Of a stretch of DNA of 49,032 nucleotides, positions 9,827 to 18,867 are shown one piece after another. A program made the translations under genes and the position numbers. The notes beneath the pieces are model-generated. The model was given only the letters and a program-made list of their open reading frames with translations, had not been told where the DNA came from and did not search any database. Numbering within the stretch: the stretch's first letter is position 1; each line of letters starts with the position of its first letter. Source of the DNA: Novosphingobium sp. (GTDB taxonomy: Bacteria > Pseudomonadota > Alphaproteobacteria > Sphingomonadales > Sphingomonadaceae); NCBI GenBank assembly GCA_031414115.1, contig JANOGS010000218.1, positions 1 to 49,032 of the forward strand. Direction: 5' to 3'.

Positions 9827-10995
9827 TTCAAGCCTACGATGCCATCGTCCTCGGCGCCGGTGCTGCCGGGATGTTCTGCGCCGCGCGGGCCGGGCAGGCC
9901 GGCAAGCGGGTGCTGCTGCTCGAAGGCGGGGATGCGCCGGGCAAGAAGATCCTCATTTCGGGTGGAGGGCGGTGCAATTTCACCAATGTCCACACCGCCC
10001 CCGAGCGGTTCCTGTCGGGCAATCCTCATTTCGCCAAGTCGGCGCTGAGCCGCTACACGCCGCAGGATTTCCTCGCCCTGGTCGAAGCGCACGGGATCGC
10101 CTGGCACGAGAAGACGCTGGGGCAGCTGTTCTGCGACGGTTCGGCGCGGCAGATCGTGGCGATGCTGTTGGCGGAGTGCGACAAGGGCGGGGTTGAGCTG
10201 CGCTGCGGGGTGGCGCCGGGCGCGGTCGAGCATCGCGATGGGCAGTTCCATGTCGCCGGCGCCAGCGCGCCGATCCTGGTGATCGCCACCGGCGGGCCGT
10301 CGATCCCCAAACTCGGCGCGAGTGGCTATGCCTATGAGCTCGCCCGGCAGTTCGCGCTCAAGGTGGTCCAGCCGCGCCCGGCGCTGGTGCCGCTGACCTT
10401 GAGCGCGGAGGACGCGCTGTTCCGCGAGCTTTCGGGAGTCTCGACCGAAGTGATCGCGAAAGCCGGCAAGGCGGCCTTCCGCGAGGCGGCGCTGTTTACC
10501 CACCGTGGTCTCTCGGGCCCGGCGATCCTGCAGATCTCGTCCTATTGGCAGCCCGGCGGGGAGCTGGCGATCGACTTGCTGCCAGACCTCGGTCCCGGCT
10601 GGTTGCTGGCGGCCAAACGCGCCCGCCCCCGCACCACCCTCCGCAAGGTTCTGGGCGAAGCACTGCCCGACCGCTTGGCGCAAGTGCTGAGCGAACGGCT
10701 CGGCCTTGTCGCCGAACTCGCCAACCTGCCCGACCGGTCGCTGAGCGAAGTCGAAGCCCGCCTGGCCAGTTGGCCTTTCAGCCCCACCGGCAGCGAGGGC
10801 TTTGCCAAGGCCGAAGTCACCCTGGGCGGAATCAGCACCGCCGAACTCTCCTCACGCACAATGGAGGCCCCCAAGGTCCCTGGGCTCTACGCAATCGGCG
10901 AGGCGGTCGACGTCACCGGCTGGCTCGGCGGCTACAACTTCCAGTGGGCCTGGGCGAGCGCCGCGGCAGCGGCGGAGGGGATTGCCTCAGAATGA
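9823..10995 (+). CDS. HI0933/YhiN-family flavoprotein
   Basis: GAGAAG, GKKILISGGGRCNFTN, LFTHRGLSGPAILQ, GEAVDVTGWLGGYNFQWAW; GTGA overlap with the upstream gene. Confidence 0.93.
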   Translation: MIQAYDAIVLGAGAAGMFCAARAGQAGKRVLLLEGGDAPGKKILISGGGRCNFTNVHTAPERFLSGNPHFAKSALSRYTPQDFLALVEAHGIAWHEKTLGQLFCDGSARQIVAMLLAECDKGGVELRCGVAPGAVEHRDGQFHVAGASAPILVIATGGPSIPKLGASGYAYELARQFALKVVQPRPALVPLTLSAEDALFRELSGVSTEVIAKAGKAAFREAALFTHRGLSGPAILQISSYWQPGGELAIDLLPDLGPGWLLAAKRARPRTTLRKVLGEALPDRLAQVLSERLGLVAELANLPDRSLSEVEARLASWPFSPTGSEGFAKAEVTLGGISTAELSSRTMEAPKVPGLYAIGEAVDVTGWLGGYNFQWAWASAAAAAEGIASE

Positions 10996-11793
10996 CGAGG
11001 ACAGCACCTCGCGATCTTCTCCCAGTCGCACTGTCAGATCGGCGCGCCCTGGCATTTCCGCCAGAATCCAGCGGGTCAGGCGTTCGTAATGCTGGATGAA
11101 GCGGGTTACTTCGGCCGAACTCATCGCGCCGGGGGCATGGCGGCGCAGTTCGGCCTCCTGCTGCTCGCGCCATTTCGCAACCACCTCCCAGCCGGGTGCG
11201 GCGAGCAGGATCAGGCGGTCGATCGTCGCAAACAGATGCTGATAAGGCCCGGCTAGCGCGGTGTTGGCGTGGGTTCGCCAGCTTCCGTCCGGATCCTCTT
11301 CCGCCTCAAGCGCGTTGACCGGCGCGGCAAGATCAGCCTCGGCTTGTGGAACTGCGCCGAGGCACCAGCCTTCGAGCAGCAGCACATCGCTACCCGCCGA
11401 AGCGCGCGGCCACTCGGCTGCGGGCTGGCGGTCATCGCGGCCCTTGTCAAAGCGCGGCAGCGCCGCCGCTTCGCCCCGCGCCAGCGCGGCGATGGTGGCG
11501 AGACCAAGCGCGATATCGTGGGTGCCCGGCGGGCCTCTGGTGGCGAACAGCGGATGGACCTCGCTGGCCAGTCGTTGGCGCTCGGCGCGGGTGAGATAGA
11601 GATCGTCGAGCGAGAGCGCCGCAACGCGCAAGTCGCCGCCTTCCAGCCGCCGCGCCAGTCCCGCCACCAGCGTCGACTTGCCCGAACCCTGCGCGCCGCA
11701 GATCGCCAGGGTCAGCAGACCCGGTTGCCTGGCGCGCGCAGCGGCAACAAGCGCCGCAAGCCGCTCGATCAACGCGGGATCGGCCCCAGCCAC
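10987..11793 (-). CDS. P-loop kinase, GLYK/Tda10-like (D-glycerate 3-kinase family)
   Basis: GAQGSGKST, SLDDLY, RGPPGTHD, FDKGRDDR, LLEGWCLG. GTG 11793 chosen just downstream of the Lrp stop. Confidence 0.8.
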   Translation of the reverse strand: MAGADPALIERLAALVAAARARQPGLLTLAICGAQGSGKSTLVAGLARRLEGGDLRVAALSLDDLYLTRAERQRLASEVHPLFATRGPPGTHDIALGLATIAALARGEAAALPRFDKGRDDRQPAAEWPRASAGSDVLLLEGWCLGAVPQAEADLAAPVNALEAEEDPDGSWRTHANTALAGPYQHLFATIDRLILLAAPGWEVVAKWREQQEAELRRHAPGAMSSAEVTRFIQHYERLTRWILAEMPGRADLTVRLGEDREVLSSSF

Positions 11794-11798
11794 CCCCG

Positions 11799-12257
11799 TC
11801 AGCCCTTCACCGGATAGCCGCGCCAGCGCTTGATCCGGCGGATCGCGAAGGCCGAGCGCATTGCCGAGACCCCCGGCAGGCGGGCGAGGCAATCGCGGTG
11901 GATGCGGTCGTATTGCTCAAGATCGGCGGCAGCAACGCGCAGCAGATAGTCGGCCTGACCGCTCATCAGGTGGCAGTCGAGGATGTCGTCGTAGTCGCCC
12001 ACTGCCGCCTCGAAGCGGTCCATCGCCTCGCGGCTTTGGCTGGTCAGCGTAATCTCGACGAAAGCCAGCAGCTTGAGCCCCAGGCGCAGCGGATCGAGTT
12101 GCGCGGCATAGCCGGCGATCGCGCCCGAGGCCTCGAGTGCCTTGATCCGGCGGTGGCAGGCCGAGGACGACATGCCCGCGCTTTCGGCCAGATCAGCGAT
12201 CGAACGCGAGGAATCGCGTTGCAGCGCGTCAAGCAGGGTGATGTCGGCACGGTCCAT
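11799..12257 (-). CDS. Lrp/AsnC-family regulator (AldR-like, divergent from ald)
   Basis: MDRADITLLDALQRD, HTH (MSSSACHRRIKALE), CHLMSGQADYLLRV. Confidence 0.93.
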   Translation of the reverse strand: MDRADITLLDALQRDSSRSIADLAESAGMSSSACHRRIKALEASGAIAGYAAQLDPLRLGLKLLAFVEITLTSQSREAMDRFEAAVGDYDDILDCHLMSGQADYLLRVAAADLEQYDRIHRDCLARLPGVSAMRSAFAIRRIKRWRGYPVKG

Positions 12258-12389
12258 CTCAAATTTTCCCGATCATATCGCGAAAATCGGGAAATATCAC
12301 CGTTGCATTGGCTTGGTAAGGGCAAATCCGGTGAGATTTGCACCGCGATCAGAGTTATACTCGCCGCCACCCCGCCAAGGAGAGGCATC
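12258..12389. promoter_or_regulatory. Divergent Lrp/ald control region with two inverted repeats
   Basis: TTTCCCGAT(12265-73)/ATCGGGAAA(12286-94) and GCAAATC(12322-28)/GATTTGC(12335-41); AT-rich. Confidence 0.5.
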
Positions 12390-13505
12390 ATGCGCGTCGG
12401 CACCGTCAAGGAAATCAAGAACCACGAGTACCGAGTCGGACTGACCCCCGAAAGCGTCAAGGAGCTGGTGGTTCACGGCCACGAAGTCTGGGTTGAAACT
12501 GGCGCGGGCCTGGGCATCGGTGCGACCGACCGCGACTATGAAGCTGCCGGCGGGCTGATCAAGAGCACCGCCAGAGAAATTTTCGCGGAATGCGAAATGG
12601 TGGTCAAGGTCAAGGAGCCGCAGGCCGGCGAGCGAGCGATGCTGCACCGCGGCCAGGTGCTCTACACCTATCTCCACCTCGCCCCCGATCCCGAGCAGAC
12701 CGCCGACCTGATCAAGTCGGGCGTCACCGCGATTGCCTATGAGACGGTGACCGGGCCGGGCAATTCGCTGCCGCTCCTGAAGCCGATGAGCCAGGTTGCC
12801 GGGCGGATGTCGATCCAGGCCGGGGCGACCGCGCTGGAAAAGGCCCACGGCGGGCGCGGGGTGCTGCTCGGCGGGGTGCCGGGCGTGCTGCCGGGCAAGG
12901 TCGCGGTGATCGGCGGCGGCGTGGTTGGCTTCAACGCCGCGCAGATGGCGGTTGGCCTGGGCGCCGACGTGACCATTCTGGACCGCGATCCCGAAGTGCT
13001 CGAACGCTTGGGCATCCATTTCGAAAGCCGTGCCAAGACCCGCTTCTCCAACAAGGCCAACCTGGCTGAAAGCGTCGCCGAGGCCGATCTGGTGATCGGC
13101 GCGGTACTGGTCCCCGGCGCCGCCGCACCCAAGCTGGTGACCCGCGACATGCTGGCGACGATGAAGCCCGGATCGGTGCTGGTCGATGTCGCGATCGACC
13201 AGGGCGGCTGCTTCGAAACCGCGCGCGCCACCACCCATGCCGAACCGACCTATGTGGTCGACGGGATCGTCCACTACTGCGTCGCCAACATGCCCGGCGC
13301 GGTCGCCCGGACCAGCACCTATGCGCTCAACAACGTCACCCTGCCGCACGCGTTGAAGATCGCCGATCTCGGCTGGAAGGCAGCGCTGAAAGCCAATCCG
13401 CACCTTGCCGACGGGCTCAATGTGCATGACGGCAAGGTCACCTACGAAGCGGTGGCGCGTGAGCTGGGCTATGCCTACGTGCCAGTGGCCGAGGTGCTGG
13501 GTTGA
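12390..13505 (+). CDS. ald: Alanine dehydrogenase
   Basis: [60 protein letters not shown]; RBS AAGGAG. Confidence 0.98.
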   Translation: MRVGTVKEIKNHEYRVGLTPESVKELVVHGHEVWVETGAGLGIGATDRDYEAAGGLIKSTAREIFAECEMVVKVKEPQAGERAMLHRGQVLYTYLHLAPDPEQTADLIKSGVTAIAYETVTGPGNSLPLLKPMSQVAGRMSIQAGATALEKAHGGRGVLLGGVPGVLPGKVAVIGGGVVGFNAAQMAVGLGADVTILDRDPEVLERLGIHFESRAKTRFSNKANLAESVAEADLVIGAVLVPGAAAPKLVTRDMLATMKPGSVLVDVAIDQGGCFETARATTHAEPTYVVDGIVHYCVANMPGAVARTSTYALNNVTLPHALKIADLGWKAALKANPHLADGLNVHDGKVTYEAVARELGYAYVPVAEVLG

Positions 13506-13507
13506 TA

Positions 13508-13639
13508 AAATCCTCCCCCTCTGGGGGAGGTGCCGAGTGAAACGAGGCGGAGGGGGATCGGGGCACAACGCCGCCGGAGTGACCCTATGCCCCTCCGACC
13601 CACCTTCGGTGGTCCACCTCCCCCAGAGGGGGAGGATTT
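13508..13639. repeat. 132-bp palindromic intergenic element (REP/RIME/CIR-like) with perfect 25-bp terminal inverted repeats
   Basis: AAATCCTCCCCCTCTGGGGGAGGTG (13508-13532) is the exact reverse complement of 13615-13639; inner IR CGGAGGGG/CCCCTCCG; hairpin CCACC-TTC-GGTGG at 13600-13612. Confidence 0.85.
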
Positions 13640-14048
13640 AGGCTTCGCTCGCAAACGGCCGGAACGGTTCGGCCACCTCTTTCGGCACCCGCACCAGCCG
13701 CCCGCTTGCCCGGTCGATGATCGCCCAGGTGGTCCGGCTGGCAACAATCACCTTGGCATCGCGCCCGCGAAACTCGACGCAGCGATCGAACCGCGCGCCG
13801 GTCGGGCCCTCGGGGATCCAAGTCTCGGCGGTGACACTCTCGCCCGCGCCGATGTTGCCGCGATAATCGATCTCATGCCGGGTCACGACCCAGATATAGG
13901 CGGCCTGGTGCTCGGGCGCGGCGACTTTGGTCCAGTGGCTGGTCGCCATGTCCTGAATCCAGTTCACCCAGACCGCGTTGTTGACGTGGCCGAGTTCGTC
14001 GATGTGTTCGGGGCCGGCGGTGAAGGTCAGGGTGTGGCGGTTGGACAT
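13638..14048 (-). CDS. Acyl-CoA thioesterase (4HBT/YbgC hotdog family)
   Basis: HIDELGHVNNAVW, WVVTRHEIDY. Confidence 0.92.
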   Translation of the reverse strand: MSNRHTLTFTAGPEHIDELGHVNNAVWVNWIQDMATSHWTKVAAPEHQAAYIWVVTRHEIDYRGNIGAGESVTAETWIPEGPTGARFDRCVEFRGRDAKVIVASRTTWAIIDRASGRLVRVPKEVAEPFRPFASEA

Positions 14049-14054
14049 TCTGGG

Positions 14055-14200
14055 TCACACGAAGACACGAAGGCACGAAGATGTCGCGCTTGCGGCGAAG
14101 CCGCGCTCACAATTCAACGAACCGCTCTGTTCGGCGCAAGACAGAATGGATGAGCCTTCGGTTCGCATCAGCATCTTCGTGCCTTCGTGTCTTCGTGTGA
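14055..14200. repeat. Octamer-armed palindromic element, copy A (146 bp)
   Basis: TCACACGAAGACACGAAGGCACGAAGATG (14055-14083) is the perfect reverse complement of 14172-14200; inner hairpins at 14092-14104 and 14152-14164. Confidence 0.9.
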
Positions 14201-14215
14201 AACCAGAATCCACGC

Positions 14216-16276
14216 CTAGACCCCGAGCTGCCACAGGATGAACGCAAACTCTTCCGCCGTCTCCTTGAGGCTCTCAAACCGCCCCGACTTGCCGCCATGC
14301 CCCGCGCCCATGTTGGTCTTGAGCAGCAGCTCGTTGCCGTCGGTCTTGAGCTCGCGCAGCCGGGCGACCCATTTGGCGGGTTCCCAGTAGGTCACCCTGG
14401 GATCGTTGAGCCCGGCGGTGACCAGCAGGGGCGGGTAGGCCTGGCGCTTGACCTGGTCGTAGGGCGAGTAGCTGCGGATCAGTTCGAACGCCGCCTGGTC
14501 CAGAATCGGGTTGCCCCATTCGGGCCACTCGCCGGGGGTCAGCGGCAGGGTGGGATCGAGCATGGTCGCGAGGACATCGACGAACGGGACGTGCGCAGCC
14601 GCTGCGCCCCACAGGGCAGGGTCGGAATTGAGCACCGCGCCGATCAGTTCGCCGCCGGCCGAGCCGCCCGAGATGCTGATCTGGCCCGCTGCGGTGTAGC
14701 CACGTTCGATCAGGCCCTGTGCGACATCGACGAAATCGGTGAAGGTGTTGCAGCGCCGTTCGAGCTTACCGGCCTTGTACCAGGCCCGGCCCAAGTCATC
14801 CCCGCCGCGGATATGGGCGATAGCATAGGCGAAGCCGCGGTCAACGAGGGAGAGCCGGGTGGTCGAGAAGCCCGGATCGATGGCGATCCCGTAGGCGCCG
14901 TAGCCGTAGAGGTGGAGCGGACCGCCGGGCTGGCGATCCTTGCGGCTGACGATCGAAACCGGGATCTTCGTGCCGTCGCGCGCCGCGATTTCCAGCCGTT
15001 CGGTGGTGTAGAGCGAAGCGTCATAGCCCGAGGGAATTTCCTGGACCTTGAGCGTGGTCAGGCTCCGCGCGGCGACATCATAGTCGATCACGCTCGCCGG
15101 GCTGACCATGCTCTCATAGGACAGCCGCAGCGTGTCGACCGCCCATTCGGGATTGTCGCCGAGGCCTGCGACATAGCTCGCCTCAGGGAACTGGATCGGC
15201 TCGATCCGCGCCGGATCGCCGTACCAGCGCAGCTCGACCTGATCGAGCCCCGCGCGGCGACCCTCCACGACGTAGAAGTCGCGGAACAGCTCGAAGCCGG
15301 TGAGATAGAACGCGTCCGAGCCCTCGATCAGCGTCTCCCATTCGCCCGGGCGCGACAGCGGCGCGCAGGCGAGACGGAAGTTCTCGTGGATGTCGTTGGT
15401 GTGGATGAAGACCACGTCCTCGTGGAGGTCGACATCGTATTCCACCCCCTTCTCGCGCGGCCGCACCAGCACCGGATGGGCGAGCGGATCGGCGGCGGGA
15501 ACCAGCCGCACTTCGCTGGTCTCGTGGTCCGAGGCGCCGATGATCAGCCACTGCTCGTTGGCCGAGAGCGACGAGCCGACGCGGAAGCCTTCGTCGTCCT
15601 CGTGGTAAAGCTCAACATCGCTTGAGATTGGCGTTCCAAGCCAGTGCAACCGGGCATTGTCGGTGCGCCACTGTTCGTTGGCGAGGCTGTAGACCAGCCC
15701 CTTGTCGCCCGCGACCCAGATCAGCGAGGAGAGCGTGCCGGGGATCTCATCGGGTAGCACTTCGCCGCTGTCGATCAGCTTGATCCGCGCGGTGAAGCGT
15801 TCCGAGCCGTTGTCATCGACTGCCCAGGCAAGCAGTCGCCCATCGTTCGATACCGCGATCGCGCCAAGCCGAAAGTACTCAAGCCCCTCAGCCAGCGCGA
15901 CTTCGTCGAGAATCAGCTGGTCGGCGCTTGCATCGTCCTTGGCGGCCACGGGCCTCCGCCACCACTTCTTGTACTCCGCCCCCTCCTCGAACTCGATCCA
16001 GTATAGCCAGTCGCCGTCTTTCTGCGGCACCGATTTGTCGGCTTCCTTGATCCGGGCGCGCATTTCGGTGAACAAGGCGTCGATCCGCCCCTGCTGCGGC
16101 GCCATCCGCTCCTTGAACCAGGCGTTTTCCGCCTCGAGATGGGCGAGCACCGCCGGTTCGGTCACTTCGGGATAGCCGGGATCGCGCAGCCAGGCGTAGT
16201 CATCGCTGATGGTGATGCCGTGGTGGGCGGTGCTGCTCGGCTGTTTTGCCGCGATCGGGGGTGTGGTAACAGTCAT
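14216..16276 (-). CDS. ptrB: Oligopeptidase B (S9A serine peptidase)
   Basis: DDYAWLRD, LYGYGAYG, HIRGGDDLG, GGSAGG nucleophile, DPRVTYWEPAKW, GHGGKSGR. Confidence 0.93.
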   Translation of the reverse strand: MTVTTPPIAAKQPSSTAHHGITISDDYAWLRDPGYPEVTEPAVLAHLEAENAWFKERMAPQQGRIDALFTEMRARIKEADKSVPQKDGDWLYWIEFEEGAEYKKWWRRPVAAKDDASADQLILDEVALAEGLEYFRLGAIAVSNDGRLLAWAVDDNGSERFTARIKLIDSGEVLPDEIPGTLSSLIWVAGDKGLVYSLANEQWRTDNARLHWLGTPISSDVELYHEDDEGFRVGSSLSANEQWLIIGASDHETSEVRLVPAADPLAHPVLVRPREKGVEYDVDLHEDVVFIHTNDIHENFRLACAPLSRPGEWETLIEGSDAFYLTGFELFRDFYVVEGRRAGLDQVELRWYGDPARIEPIQFPEASYVAGLGDNPEWAVDTLRLSYESMVSPASVIDYDVAARSLTTLKVQEIPSGYDASLYTTERLEIAARDGTKIPVSIVSRKDRQPGGPLHLYGYGAYGIAIDPGFSTTRLSLVDRGFAYAIAHIRGGDDLGRAWYKAGKLERRCNTFTDFVDVAQGLIERGYTAAGQISISGGSAGGELIGAVLNSDPALWGAAAAHVPFVDVLATMLDPTLPLTPGEWPEWGNPILDQAAFELIRSYSPYDQVKRQAYPPLLVTAGLNDPRVTYWEPAKWVARLRELKTDGNELLLKTNMGAGHGGKSGRFESLKETAEEFAFILWQLGV

Positions 16277-16314
16277 GCTCTGGCTCTATGGTGCGGGCAG
16301 AAGGACTGCAAGCG

Positions 16315-18141
16315 ATGCTGATGAACACCCACGAAGCGCGGCTCGAAGCGCTGCGCAAGGAACTCAAGAACCGCGGGCTCGATGGCTTCGTCGTGCCGAT
16401 CTCGGACGAGCACATGAGCGAATATGTCGGCGGCTATGCCCAGCGGCTGGCCTGGCTGACCGGGTTCGGCGGCTCGGCGGGGACGGCGGCGGTGCTGGCC
16501 AACCAGGCCGCGATCTTTATCGACGGGCGTTACACCCTGCAGGTCCGCGACCAGGTCGAGGAGCGGCTGTTCGCTTACGAAAGTGTGCCGGGCACCTCAG
16601 TGGCCAAATGGCTGGGCGAGCATGCTCCTGAGTGCGCCAGGATCGGGTTCGATCCGTGGCTCCATTCCAAGCCCTGGGTCGATGCCTGCAACAAGGCCCT
16701 GCGCGAGAGGGGCGCGGCGATGGAGCCGGTAGCGGGCAACCCGATCGACGCGATCTGGCAAGACCGCCCCGCGCCTTCGCTGGCTCCGGCGCTGGTCCAT
16801 GACGCCGAGTTTGCCGGCAAGTCGAGCGAGGCCAAGCGCTCCGACGTCGCCGAATGGCTGGCGGCGAAGAAGCTCGACGCCGCCGTGGTTTCGGCGCTCG
16901 ACGGGGTCGCCTGGCTGCTCAATATCCGCGGGCAAGATGTCGATTGCACCCCGGTGACGCTTTCGTTCGTCATCGCCCACGCCGACGGCACCGCCGAGCT
17001 GTTCATTGCCGGAGAGAAAGTCACCCCGGAGCTGCGCGCGCATCTGGGCAATGCAGTGACGATCCGCGAGTATGGGGACTTCGAACCGCAGTTGAAGGCG
17101 CTCGCCGGCAAACGCGTCGCGGTTGATCCCGAACGGTCGGTCCAGGCGGTGTTCGCCGCGCTCGAAGGGGCCGGAGCGTCGGTGGTCGAACTGACCGACC
17201 CGACCGTGCTGCCCAAGGCGGTCAAGAACGCGGCCGAGCAGGCCGGGCAGCGTTCCGCCCAGGCGCGCGACGGCGCGGCGATTGCACGGTTCCTCCACTG
17301 GCTGAGCCTTGCCGCGCCCAAGGGCGGAGAGACCGAGCTTTCCGCCGCCGCCAAGCTGCGCGCCTTCCGCGACGAAACCGGGCTGCTGCGCGAGCTGTCG
17401 TTCGATACGATCTCCGCCGCCGGGCCGCACGCGGCCAGCCCGCATTACCGGGTCGACGAGGAATCCAACCTGCCGATCGCACCCAATTCGATCTATCTGG
17501 TCGATTCGGGCGGGCAGTATGCTGATGGCACCACCGACATTACCCGCACCGTCTGGATCGGGACGCCAGATGGCTTGGGCCAGCCCACGGCGGAGCACAA
17601 GGACCGCTACACCCGCGTGCTCAAGGGCCATATCGCGCTGGCGCTGGCGGTGTTTCCGCAGGGAACGACCGGCACCCAGCTCGACAGCTTTGCGCGGATG
17701 CATCTGTGGCAGGCCGGGCTCGATTACATGCACGGCACCGGGCATGGGGTGGGCAGCTTCCTGTCGGTCCACGAGGGCCCGCAGCGGATCGCCAAGGCGG
17801 CCGGCGGCCAGGCCGGCACCGGCCAGGAGCTGCTTCCCGGCATGATCCTTTCCAACGAGCCGGGATACTACAAGGCCGGCGAATACGGGATCCGGATCGA
17901 GAACTTGGTGCTGGTCGAGGAGCGCACCATCGAAGGTGCCGAGGGCGAATACTTCGGCTTCGAAAACCTCACCTGGGCGCCCATCGACAAGGCCATGGTC
18001 GAAACCGCACTGCTGACCCGCGACGAACTCAAGTGGTGGGACGAGTACCACGTCCGGGTCGAAGCGATTCTGGCGCCGCAGCTGGAGGGGGAGGCGCTGG
18101 CCTGGCTCGAGGCGGCCTGCGCACCGCTGGCGCGGGGTTAG
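16315..18141 (+). CDS. Xaa-Pro aminopeptidase (M24B, aminopeptidase P)
   Basis: DEHMSEY, WLTGFGGSAG, DSGGQYADGTTDITRT, HGTGHGVG, VHEGP, SNEPGYY, GIRIEN. Confidence 0.95.
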   Translation: MLMNTHEARLEALRKELKNRGLDGFVVPISDEHMSEYVGGYAQRLAWLTGFGGSAGTAAVLANQAAIFIDGRYTLQVRDQVEERLFAYESVPGTSVAKWLGEHAPECARIGFDPWLHSKPWVDACNKALRERGAAMEPVAGNPIDAIWQDRPAPSLAPALVHDAEFAGKSSEAKRSDVAEWLAAKKLDAAVVSALDGVAWLLNIRGQDVDCTPVTLSFVIAHADGTAELFIAGEKVTPELRAHLGNAVTIREYGDFEPQLKALAGKRVAVDPERSVQAVFAALEGAGASVVELTDPTVLPKAVKNAAEQAGQRSAQARDGAAIARFLHWLSLAAPKGGETELSAAAKLRAFRDETGLLRELSFDTISAAGPHAASPHYRVDEESNLPIAPNSIYLVDSGGQYADGTTDITRTVWIGTPDGLGQPTAEHKDRYTRVLKGHIALALAVFPQGTTGTQLDSFARMHLWQAGLDYMHGTGHGVGSFLSVHEGPQRIAKAAGGQAGTGQELLPGMILSNEPGYYKAGEYGIRIENLVLVEERTIEGAEGEYFGFENLTWAPIDKAMVETALLTRDELKWWDEYHVRVEAILAPQLEGEALAWLEAACAPLARG

Positions 18142-18545
18142 GGTCCGGCCCCAACCTGTCGAGCTCGAAACCATTCGGCTGCGGCTTGTTCCTCGATCTC
18201 CCCTGCCGCCAGGGCCAGCATCATCTGGATCGCGTCATCAGGTGCGAAGCTGAGGCGATAGCCATTGATCGCCAGAAAGAGACGAGCGAGCACCCAGGCA
18301 GTTCGCTTGTTTCCATCAACAAAAGGATGGTTGCGGGCCACGCCGTAAGCATAGGCCGCCGCAAGCTCAAAGGGATCGTCCTCCCCGTAGCTCCAGCGAT
18401 TGACGGGGCGAGCCAAAGCAGACTCGAGCATCCCTATATCACGCAGACCCACACCGCCGCCATGCTCGGCCAGTTGCCGGTCGTGAACCGCATTGGCATC
18501 GCGGGTATCGAGCCGAACCGGCTCCACCCGGTCCGCCTCGGTCAT
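18138..18545 (-). CDS. Doc/Fic-family toxin (death-on-curing)
   Basis: HGGGVGLRD, LESALARP, HPFVDGNKRTA Doc motif; ATGA overlap with the antitoxin. Confidence 0.93.
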   Translation of the reverse strand: MTEADRVEPVRLDTRDANAVHDRQLAEHGGGVGLRDIGMLESALARPVNRWSYGEDDPFELAAAYAYGVARNHPFVDGNKRTAWVLARLFLAINGYRLSFAPDDAIQMMLALAAGEIEEQAAAEWFRARQVGAGP

Positions 18546-18769
18546 TTTGCCAGGACGCGCAGAATGTCGCGATCTTCGCGCATAATAGCCTCTGCCGCGG
18601 CCATTTTCGACTCAAACGCCGGGTCGCTGGGTGTCATCCGCACCCCATCGGGCGTTTCGGTGAAATAGATCGCATCGCCCAGGCTGACGCGAAGCTTGGC
18701 CAGCAGTTCCTTGGGCAGGATAACACCATAGGAATTGCCGATTTTCGTGATTTTCGAGATCATGTTCAT
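18542..18769 (-). CDS. AbrB/MazE/SpoVT-family antitoxin
   Basis: SKITKIGNSYGVILPKELL swapped-hairpin motif; directly upstream of doc. Confidence 0.9.
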   Translation of the reverse strand: MNMISKITKIGNSYGVILPKELLAKLRVSLGDAIYFTETPDGVRMTPSDPAFESKMAAAEAIMREDRDILRVLAK

Positions 18770-18775
18770 ACGCAT

Positions 18776-18804
18776 GTTATAACCCGAGAGTCCTGTATGT
18801 GCAA
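18776..18804 (-). promoter_or_regulatory. Sigma70-type promoter of the AbrB-Doc operon (probably leaderless)
   Basis: Minus strand TTGCAC(18804-18799)-N17-TATAAC(18781-18776), 6 nt before ATG 18769; the -10 lies in the palindrome GTTATAAC. Confidence 0.65.
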
Positions 18805-18827
18805 GCCCGCCTTGACTCGCCACCGAT

Positions 18828-18842
18828 GTTCGCGTCATGTTC
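18828..18842 (+). promoter_or_regulatory. Alphaproteobacterial LexA (SOS) box GTTC-N7-GTTC
   Basis: GTTC-GCGTCAT-GTTC; lies downstream of TTGACT (18812-18817), overlapping the expected -10 of the VOC gene. Confidence 0.75.
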
Positions 18843-18867
18843 TCCCCGCAACCAGAGGAGCGAGTCG

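Noticed and set aside
11898-12389. Long N-terminal extension of Ald; likewise the extensions of MetF, the SDR, the CoA-transferase and the kinase in the ORF track
   Set aside because: They overlap neighbouring genes; downstream starts match family N-termini and RBS or coupling signals.
14055-14200. CACGAAGN repeats as a CRISPR array or simple microsatellite
   Set aside because: Units are 8 bp, contiguous, only three per arm and inverted between arms; no spacers and no cas genes.
13530-14298. Small ORFs spanning the repeat elements (13530-14153, 13978-14241, 14107-14298)
   Set aside because: They overlap the thioesterase or ptrB; HEDTKARR/TKTRRHED peptides are simply translations of the octamer arms.
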